Below, in pieces: positions 26,862 to 33,878 of a DNA stretch of 64,000 bases (the first letter of the stretch is position 1; each line of letters opens with the position of its first letter). The notes under the pieces were generated by a model. It was given only the letters and a program-made list of their open reading frames with translations, did no database searches and was not told where the DNA came from. The stretch is from a virus. Taxonomy: Duplodnaviria; Heunggongvirae; Uroviricota; Caudoviricetes. A program made the translations under genes and the position numbers. Where the stretch lies: the IMG/VR virus record IMGVR_UViG_3300046003_006038, positions 64,001 through 128,000 of that record; one strand, written 5' to 3'.

Positions 26862-26917
26862 AAATTTACTTGTCTGTTCCAAGTTGTCAAACCTGTCAAG
26901 AGTCGGTTAAGCTTCAG

Positions 26918-26992
26918 TGGAGACAATGGGAATCGAACCCATCACAAAAACATTGCAAGTGTTTTTCGCCAAGCCTTGGTACATGTGCCCCC
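26918..26992 (-). tRNA. tRNA-Ala(TGC)
   Basis: Loop CTTGCAA, G3:U70. Confidence 0.9.
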
Positions 26993-27103
26993 AATTTACC
27001 TGTCTATTCCAGGTTGTCAAGGTATTGTTATTACGAGTGTACCTTAACCTCGTGTTCACCTTTTTCACACCAGAGGTTGTGAACAATGGCCTTTCTGGTT
27101 TTG

Positions 27104-27175
27104 TACTGCGTACGGGATTCGAACCCGTGCCTTATCATAGAAAGTGATACGTGTTTACCCCTTCACTAACGCAGC
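27104..27175 (-). tRNA. tRNA-Glu(TTC)
   Basis: Loop CTTTCTA. Confidence 0.9.
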
Positions 27176-27226
27176 AGATTGTGGGTATATGTTCATCACA
27201 TATTCTTGGGTTCCCACACACCCTTG

Positions 27227-27300
27227 AGCAATGTACCGGTCTCGAACCGGTCTTATTCCACATTGGAAGTGTGGTGCCATACCTACTAGGCGAACATTGC
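27227..27300 (-). tRNA. tRNA-Gly(TCC)
   Basis: Loop CTTCCAA. Confidence 0.9.
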
Positions 27301-27385
27301 AATTGAAGATGAATCTCAGCCTTGTATACTGAATGGATCCTTTAATTTAATCACTAACCCTAGGTGTGATCGAATTCATCTTTTG

Positions 27386-27457
27386 AGCTTCTGCGAGGAA
27401 TCGAACCCCGTTTTCTTGAGTACAAATCAAGTACATTACCATTTATGTTTCAGAAGC
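27386..27457 (-). tRNA. tRNA-Thr(TGT)
   Basis: Loop TTTGTAC. Confidence 0.9.
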
Positions 27458-27462
27458 AAATT

Positions 27463-27530
27463 AATTAGAGCCGGTTCTCGTATCCGTTCTGCAGGTTAGC
27501 CCCTGCTGCTTTACTATAAGCTAACTCTAA
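27463..27530 (-). ncRNA. Non-canonical tRNA-like cloverleaf (6-nt anticodon loop GGCTAA)
   Basis: Four arms fold; T-loop TACGAGA, no U33. Confidence 0.55.
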
Positions 27531-27535
27531 TTTTG

Positions 27536-27611
27536 TACACCTGGTGGGAGTCGAACCCACAAAATCTTCTGATCCTAAGTCAGACGGCTTTTCCTGTTTG
27601 CCCACAGGTGC
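27536..27611 (-). tRNA. tRNA-Leu(TAG)
   Basis: Loop CTTAGGA; short variable region. Confidence 0.85.
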
Positions 27612-27716
27612 AATTTATTTTATCTAATACTTCAATGATCTTATTTCTATACTATAAAGATACGGACTTTATTTCTTTATAGCAACTTTTTTTCAATTTT
27701 TTTTAATCTTTTTTTG

Positions 27717-27788
27717 AGGTCCTCCAGAGAATCGAACTCTGAATCCTACGGTTTGCAATCGTGGAGCTTTACCATCAGCCTGAGGACC
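27717..27788 (-). tRNA. tRNA-Cys(GCA)
   Basis: Loop TTGCAAA, U73. Confidence 0.85.
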
Positions 27789-28093
27789 ATTAAAACACAC
27801 ATCCATCAAGATTGGGATAACTTCATACTACACCCCCATTACGAGGATACCCTCACTACTTCAAACAGCCCATTCTGCACTTTATATATTGAGCCTAAGT
27901 AGTTACTCTATTATTCTTCATTATCATACTCAACAAACATAACACCTCTTGATAGTGTTGTAATAATAATCAATATGTTACTAAGTTAGTTACCACTTTT
28001 TACTAAAGTTTTGAACTTTATATTACTTATTTGTCTTTCTATGTGCGCTTATTTCTTATACTTAAATATACGAACTTTATTTCGTTTCTGCAA

Positions 28094-28600
28094 CTAAAAG
28101 AATAAAAATGTTTCCCATTCTTTAGGAATATCTTGAACCTGTCTTAGTAACATTAAATAATGTGGTCGTTTAGGTTCTGGGATGTCTTTTCCATATTCTT
28201 CTAATGTTAAATCTGCTTTTTCATGATTACATGTTCTACAAGCTGTAACTAAATTATCCCATGAATCTTTTCCTCCTTTTGATTGAGGAATGACATGATC
28301 CAATGTTAGTGTTCTTTGATTTGAACTACCACAGTAAACACATTCGTAATTATCTCTCTTATAGACATTTTCTCTATTTAGAGGTACTTTGTGAATATTT
28401 TGTTTAACATAACTAAATACTCTAATGATAGAAGGTTTAAAAATTTCCAATTTTGGATTTACTAAACCAAATGTTTCTGGATGTTCAGCTATTACTTCTG
28501 CATTACCTTTGTAAGAAATCACAAATGCTCTTTCTACTGGTATGATACTTCTGGCGATAAAGCTCGAATCCACTACTAGTGCTTTTTGATACTTACTCAT
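28094..28600 (-). CDS. HNH endonuclease (McrA-like)
   Basis: RDNYECVYCG...LTLDHVIP..KGG...NLVTACRTCN. Confidence 0.88.
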   Translation of the reverse strand: MSKYQKALVVDSSFIARSIIPVERAFVISYKGNAEVIAEHPETFGLVNPKLEIFKPSIIRVFSYVKQNIHKVPLNRENVYKRDNYECVYCGSSNQRTLTLDHVIPQSKGGKDSWDNLVTACRTCNHEKADLTLEEYGKDIPEPKRPHYLMLLRQVQDIPKEWETFLFF

Positions 28601-28633
28601 GATTTACTTTTTTTAATGAAACAATATATTTTG

Positions 28634-28704
28634 TGGAGTATTTGGGACTCGAACCCAGGCCTTGCAGCGTCTACTGCCTGCACATCCACTTGTGCTTTTA
28701 CCCC
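28634..28704 (-). tRNA. Atypical tRNA: Ala-type acceptor (G3:U70, A73) with 6-nt loop TAGACG
   Basis: Good D and T arms; anticodon loop non-canonical. Confidence 0.55.
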
Positions 28705-28775
28705 AATTTCTTCAGGAGAAACTGGTAAGGGGTAACCTAACGGAATTTAATCCTTACTTTGTTCTCCGTCTTCTG

Positions 28776-28846
28776 CGCGAACCCGAGGAATCGAACCTCG
28801 CCATGACAGTTTTGGAGACCGCACCGACACCTTGTCTGTGGAACGC
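28776..28846 (-). tRNA. tRNA-Trp(CCA)
   Basis: Loop CTCCAAA; two U-U mismatches in acceptor. Confidence 0.75.
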
Positions 28847-28934
28847 ATTTGTGGGTAGGATCAGTTGCGCATCTGCCTACCGAGACCATCAATTTAAAAT
28901 AAGACTTCATATTTCAGTGATCAATGACACCTTG

Positions 28935-29006
28935 AACCCATACCTGGACTCGAACCAGGACTGAAACGTTAGAAGCGTTTAGTTCTTCCGATTAAACTAT
29001 ACGGGC
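28935..29006 (-). tRNA. tRNA-Arg(TCT)
   Basis: Loop CTTCTAA. Confidence 0.9.
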
Positions 29007-29011
29007 AGTTG

Positions 29012-29083
29012 AGGTCTTAGTAGGAGTCGAACCTACGTTCTATCGTTCGTAGCGATAAGTTTTTCCAATTAAACTATAAGACC
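29012..29083 (-). tRNA. tRNA-Arg(ACG)
   Basis: Loop CTACGAA. Confidence 0.9.
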
Positions 29084-29088
29084 AATTG

Positions 29089-29161
29089 TATCCCTGACTG
29101 GAGTCGAACCAGCAGCTTACGAGGCTTAAACTCGTTGTGTTTACCATTTCACCACAGGGAT
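29089..29161 (-). tRNA. tRNA-Leu(TAA)
   Basis: Loop TTTAAGC; 5-nt variable region. Confidence 0.85.
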
Positions 29162-29168
29162 GTTTTTG

Positions 29169-29240
29169 GGTGTAAGGACGGTACCGCCCCGTCTTCTCAA
29201 GATTCACAGTCTTGCACTTCACTAAAAAGCTTCGAACACC
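29169..29240 (-). tRNA. tRNA-His(GTG)
   Basis: Loop CTGTGAA, G-1:C73; T-loop GGCGGTA. Confidence 0.8.
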
Positions 29241-29246
29241 ATATTG

Positions 29247-29316
29247 TACCGACTCCAGGTTATGCTCCTGGCTGAGAATACTTATGAGATATCCTCGATC
29301 ACTAGATCAAGTCGGC
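29247..29316 (-). tRNA. tRNA-Met(CAT)
   Basis: Loop CTCATAA; T-loop AGCATAA. Confidence 0.75.
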
Positions 29317-29446
29317 AGTTGATAGGGAACCCCTTAACCTATCGTTGTACTATATGATTTTAAAGTGTCTTACCACGGGCCCCGTTCGTACTTTCATCTC
29401 CTGTGTTCCTTAAACACGTTGTGAGGACGGTGAAGAGGTTTTTTTG

Positions 29447-29531
29447 AGGAAAGAATCAGAATCGAACTGAATCCGGTTACCCGAACGCCTCGCTTAGCAG
29501 GCGGACTCAACACCATGTTGATTTACTTTCC
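29447..29531 (-). tRNA. tRNA-Ser(GCT)
   Basis: Loop CTGCTAA, long variable arm. Confidence 0.85.
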
Positions 29532-29537
29532 ATTTTG

Positions 29538-29609
29538 TACTCCTAGGAAGAATTGAACTTCCATTTCATCCTTATCAGAGATGTGTGCTAACCATTCTAC
29601 TATAGGAGC
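29538..29609 (-). tRNA. tRNA-Ile(GAT)
   Basis: Loop CTGATAA. Confidence 0.9.
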
Positions 29610-29617
29610 AATTTTTG

Positions 29618-29692
29618 CTGATCTGACAGGACTCGAACCTGCTATCCTAGGTTTAACAAACCTCCGCTGTATACCACTTAAGCTTCAGATCA
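29618..29692 (-). tRNA. tRNA-Asn(GTT)
   Basis: Loop TTGTTAA. Confidence 0.9.
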
Positions 29693-29700
29693 ATTTATTG

Positions 29701-29773
29701 TGGACCCTGTAGGAATCGAACCTACTCCTCTAGTTCTTCAGACTAGCGTACGCACCAGCTATACAAAAGGTCC
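29701..29773 (-). tRNA. tRNA-Phe(GAA)
   Basis: Loop CTGAAGA. Confidence 0.9.
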
Positions 29774-29852
29774 CAGTGAGCGTTACTTTCTATTTATACT
29801 AATAAGTCCTGCTGGACCTATATGGGGTTTCAACCCATACCTCTCCTTTCAG

Positions 29853-29935
29853 TGGGATACTGTGGAATCGAACCACACGCTTCTTAGGGCAACGATTTTA
29901 CAGACCGCTTATCACACCAGTGACTGAAGCATCCC
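29853..29935 (-). tRNA. tRNA-Tyr(GTA)
   Basis: Loop CTGTAAA, long variable arm. Confidence 0.9.
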
Positions 29936-29938
29936 AAT

Positions 29939-30583
29939 TTATTTTATTTTTCGACCTAATCTCCATCCTTCTGGGATTGTGTCTCCTTTGGGTATTTTTT
30001 TATTTCCTATCTCATTTGTAATCCAACAAGTCCCATATTGAGAATTAGTAACTCCTGTACCTGCGTGCTTATGAGATTGTTTCATTTTTTCAATAGAATC
30101 TTGAGTATGTCTTCTTCCTGCCCAATGTCCTTTATTCATATTCTCTCTACTACCTTCTCTATACTCTTTTTTTCTCTGTTCTCGAATTACCTCAGTAAGG
30201 TATTTTCTAAACTCTTGATTTTTCCATTTTTCCTGCATATAGCTCTTTGCAGCTATCTTTCCTTTTTCTCTTACTTCTTCAGACCATCCTCCCGAACCTC
30301 CTTGTTTTAAATTTAAACAGTTTGGATTTTTTAAATCCTGTTCTGTTATTAAATTAATTTCAGCTCGAACTAATTCTTCTCTTGAATCAAATTGCTCTAG
30401 TATTTCAAACTTAAAATTGTCTCTACCGTATTTATTTAGTTCGTAGTATAGTCTTTTACCACTTCCTAAATAACCATCATCTATACGGTTAGTTGAATGC
30501 ATTCCCAGGTAATACCTGCCGTTTATAAGATTTGTTGTCTTATATGTGAAATGAAATCTCTTATTCTCTTTGATGTTAGCCAT
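29939..30583 (-). mobile_element. GIY-YIG homing endonuclease inside tRNA cluster
   Basis: FTYKTTNLINGRYYLG...YLGSG...E; placement parallels T4 segB in its tRNA cluster. Confidence 0.88.
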
Positions 30584-30629
30584 ATCTATTCTTTATTATA
30601 AATAGGCTAACTTTTCAAAAAGTCTACAG

Positions 30630-30700
30630 TACCTCGTGATAGAATCGAACTATCGCCATTTGCATGTAAAACAAATACGCTACCATTACGCCAACGAGGC
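30630..30700 (-). tRNA. tRNA-Val(TAC)
   Basis: Loop TTTACAT. Confidence 0.9.
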
Positions 30701-30708
30701 AATTTTTG

Positions 30709-30780
30709 TACCCCCACCAAGAATCGAACTTGGATTCCTATATTAAAAGTATAGTACTTTAGCCGTTAAGTTATAGGGGC
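30709..30780 (-). tRNA. tRNA-Lys(TTT)
   Basis: Loop CTTTTAA. Confidence 0.9.
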
Positions 30781-30786
30781 AATTTG

Positions 30787-30862
30787 TCTGATAGGCAAGA
30801 TTCGAACTTGCGTGCTCTGCGGTCCAAGTGCAGCGAGATAAACCGGACTCCTCTACTACCAG
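30787..30862 (-). tRNA. tRNA-Pro(TGG)
   Basis: Loop CTTGGAC. Confidence 0.88.
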
Positions 30863-30871
30863 AAATTATTG

Positions 30872-30943
30872 ATGGCTTATCGGGATTCGAACCCAAACTA
30901 AAACAGTCAAAGTGTTTTGTGCTAACCGTTACACTATAAGCCA
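30872..30943 (-). tRNA. tRNA-Gln(TTG)
   Basis: Loop CTTTGAC. Confidence 0.9.
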
Positions 30944-30949
30944 ATGTTG

Positions 30950-31033
30950 CGGAAGAGACAGGATTCGAACCTGCAACCCGAATACACGGGCGACGATTTT
31001 CAAGACCGCTTGACAACCGCTGTCCACTCTTCC
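30950..31033 (-). tRNA. tRNA-Ser(TGA)
   Basis: Loop CTTGAAA, long variable arm. Confidence 0.9.
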
Positions 31034-31505
31034 TTTTTACTTTATCTCAATATGTCAATGAACTCTTATTCTTTATTTCAATACTTAAAGATACAATCTT
31101 TATTTCTTTCTAGCAACTTTTTTTTAATTTATTTTAAAAAAAAACTCGAATCTTTTTTATTTGATCCGAGCTTCTTATTAGAATTTATATGTTATAATTT
31201 CTTATATCATACCTCGGTACCTCCTTGTTTCGGTTCGTTATTATATGCGCTAAAGCCCATAATCACATCACCACATAATATCTGCGACCACGTATTAAGT
31301 GCTCTACTCATTATTGTAGTTAAATCTTGATGTATGTTTTTTATTGCTTTCATTTTACTTTTGTTCTATATATAAATATACTACTTTTTTAATTCCAAGA
31401 CAACAGTCTATTGAATTTATTTTAAATTATTTTTATTTGTGTTTTTATATATTATAAATATACGAACTTTTATTTTAAAAAACAACTACTGTTCTTTGGA
31501 TTAAT

Positions 31506-31817
31506 TTATCCTTTTATTAATTTTTTTTTCTTAACTGGCTCACATCCATCACTATTAATTGATGTAAGTTTCTGTTCTAATTTATCTACTCTGGAGTCTG
31601 TGTGTCTTAGACATTCTCTGTAGATTTGATCTACTCTGTCGATTTCTTGATCTATTCTACGATTTACAGATTGATCATTTTGATGAATCCAATCTTGGTT
31701 TCCTGAGATTGCTTTTTCAAGTTCTCTTACTTTGCTTGCTGTCTTAAACGCTACCACAACCCCCCATCCAAGGAGAGCTATACCAACACCTAAAACAAAT
31801 GCTAAAATTTGTTCCAT
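31506..31817 (-). CDS. Membrane-anchored coiled-coil protein
   Basis: N-terminal TM then heptad-rich region. Confidence 0.65.
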   Translation of the reverse strand: MEQILAFVLGVGIALLGWGVVVAFKTASKVRELEKAISGNQDWIHQNDQSVNRRIDQEIDRVDQIYRECLRHTDSRVDKLEQKLTSINSDGCEPVKKKKLIKG

Positions 31818-31857
31818 AATTTATAATTTTTATTTCAAAGAACAGTAGTTTAATTTG

Positions 31858-31961
31858 TAGTCAGGACAGGATTCGAACCTGTAAGCCTTTGCACGTTACC
31901 CCACGTCTACCGGCTATTCAATCGGAGGTAATTTAGCGTATCCCAATTCCGCCACCTGACT
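31858..31961 (-). ncRNA. tRNA-Leu-like shell with rebuilt anticodon/variable region
   Basis: AGTCAGG/CCTGACT-A acceptor, Leu-type D arm, canonical T arm, no canonical anticodon loop. Confidence 0.7.
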
Positions 31962-32019
31962 ATATACTTGTCTTTCCAAGTTGTCATCAATTCCATGTCT
32001 AAGTCTATTGAGAACCTTG

Positions 32020-32124
32020 TAGTCAGGGCAGGATTCGAACCTGCACAACTTGTTTGTCTGTTGGAACAAGTAATCCCAATGGTTGCGACCCATACACTGC
32101 GTTTACCAATTTCGCCACCTGACT
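32020..32124 (-). ncRNA. Second tRNA-Leu-like shell with different insert
   Basis: Same acceptor/D/T arms as 31858-31961; ATGG-GTCGCAA-CCAT hairpin and 7-bp variable arm. Confidence 0.7.
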
Positions 32125-32497
32125 ATTTGCAATTAATGCAAGAGAATATGTAACAATTTAGCACCCTCTTTCTTATCAACAGCATCGGTTGACATAGCTA
32201 TCCAAAGAGTAGGGTCACGTAGGATTGGGTCTTTAATATTTTAGATGTTACTTTCTGACCATCACTACTTGCTGAGACCTCATTTGTGTTGTTAGGGGTC
32301 AGGGTCTTATGCTATCGCAGACACTTTGTTTTTCTTCACACCTACTCCACATTCCTTTCTCAAGGGAACAACACATCTACCATTACTGATAGTATCTTTA
32401 TGTAAATTATTTTGTTCTCAATTGAACTTATTTTTTATTGAGGTACTCTTCCTCACTTCTGACATTTACAAAGGTATTCAATGTTTAACCTTAATTT

Positions 32498-32587
32498 GGA
32501 GTCGATACGGGATTTGAACCCGTATCTCGAGGCAGCCTCGATGTTACCCTAATGGTGGTATTTATTCCCACTTACACCAATCGACTC
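32498..32587 (-). ncRNA. tRNA-like RNA with 7+6-bp acceptor/T stack and minimal anticodon arm
   Basis: GAGTCGA/TCGACTC, TACGGG-TTCAAAT-CCCGTA, TCGAGG/CCTCGA variable arm. Confidence 0.6.
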
Positions 32588-32710
32588 TTTATTACCAACC
32601 TTGGTCTTTCAGGGTTTCTGATTGAGTGCAATAAGTGACGCCTTCCTACTATAAACCCTTGTTCGGAAATTAATACACTCTACTTCTCAATTAACAGCGA
32701 GCATTGGTAA

Positions 32711-32887
32711 TTATTTTACAGCTGTAGTATCTACTTTTACTGTGTCAACTGAAGTTGAATCTACTTTTACTGAATCAACTACTACTGCTGTTGAGTCTAT
32801 TGTTGATGTTTCTGCTGTGTTTACTTGGTTACAACTTGTAATTGTTAAACCTGCTACTAATGCTAATACTAAAAATTTTGTTTTCAT
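32711..32887 (-). CDS. 58-aa lipoprotein with D-(S/T)-x repeats
   Basis: MKTKFLVLALVAGLTITSC lipobox; DST, DSV, DST, DTV, DTT; own promoter at ~32910. Confidence 0.75.
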   Translation of the reverse strand: MKTKFLVLALVAGLTITSCNQVNTAETSTIDSTAVVVDSVKVDSTSVDTVKVDTTAVK

Positions 32888-32946
32888 TTTCTATTTGTTA
32901 ATTAATTTATGTTTAAATATACGAAATTCATTTTTGAAAACCAAAC

Positions 32947-33819
32947 TTATTTTGAATGGTTATCTAATACTTTTGTTACTTCTGTTACTACATGTTCCCA
33001 TGTTACTGGACCACTTTCGTCTGCATAAGGAGCTGGATCAGGTCTTCCTAATTTAATAAATGCTTCTACTCTTTCAACTGATGAAGCCGATTTGTAGTCT
33101 GAGTACCATTTACCTCCTTTAAAAGCATGAGTTTCATATGGGATAAAAATTGGCTTATAGGAAGTATTAGTTCTTTTATAAACTTCATCAAAATCTAATC
33201 CTAACTCTTCACATAATACTTCTCCATCTTGTAAAATGGTAAATTTATCTCCTTCTAAATAAGGTGTAAAATAACCTACTCTTTCTGCTTCCCAGTTTCC
33301 AATTCTAAAAGCTGCATCATCTGCATCTCTGAATTCTTGTCTACAATCTGGATAAATTGCATGATCACCTGCGTGAATACCCATTGCAATATCACAAGTC
33401 TCTCCTGTACGATTTGCAACTGATAAAGCTACTGCTTGAGTAATAGAAGCAAATATTTTGTTTCTGTTAGGAACAACTGTTGCTTTCATATTATCTTCTG
33501 CATAATGACCTTCTGGTACTTCTTCACCTCCTGTTACTAAAGCTGAGTCTAATAAATCAACTAATCCATTTAATTGAATTTGACGGTAATTGATTTCAGG
33601 GAAAGGACTCTTGTATTCTAATAACGTTTCGTTATCACCTTCTTGATTAATGTAATTTACTAATGATTGAGCTCTCTCTAACTCTACTCTGTGTTTTTGA
33701 CCATAGTCAAATGAAATAGCTGTTACACTATCATACTCTTTTAGACATCTAAGTAACAAAGTACTTGAGTCCATCCCGCCGCTGGCGCTAACAACTACGT
33801 GTCGTTTTGCTTTTTGCAT
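32947..33819 (-). CDS. queC: 7-cyano-7-deazaguanine synthase
   Basis: SGGMDS, SFDYGQKH, VPNRN, HAGDHAIYPDCR motifs. Confidence 0.93.
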   Translation of the reverse strand: MQKAKRHVVVSASGGMDSSTLLLRCLKEYDSVTAISFDYGQKHRVELERAQSLVNYINQEGDNETLLEYKSPFPEINYRQIQLNGLVDLLDSALVTGGEEVPEGHYAEDNMKATVVPNRNKIFASITQAVALSVANRTGETCDIAMGIHAGDHAIYPDCRQEFRDADDAAFRIGNWEAERVGYFTPYLEGDKFTILQDGEVLCEELGLDFDEVYKRTNTSYKPIFIPYETHAFKGGKWYSDYKSASSVERVEAFIKLGRPDPAPYADESGPVTWEHVVTEVTKVLDNHSK

Positions 33820-33878
33820 AAAAATTATTTTATAACTGCTACAGTATGTTCTGGATAGTAGCTTAATCCTTTTTTAAT

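Noticed and set aside
26870-31330. Short ORFs overlapping the tRNA cluster (e.g. 29040-29222, 30771-31016)
   Set aside because: They overlap clear tRNA genes and are chance frames
31858-32124. Intron-containing tRNA-Leu genes
   Set aside because: Inserts are only ~50 nt (too short for group I), and removing them does not restore a canonical anticodon arm
32130-32490. tmRNA or RNase P RNA
   Set aside because: No GGGG..tRNA-like ends with tag ORF; GAGGAAGAGTACC only loosely resembles GAGGAAAGUCC and the 3' RNase P motif is absent
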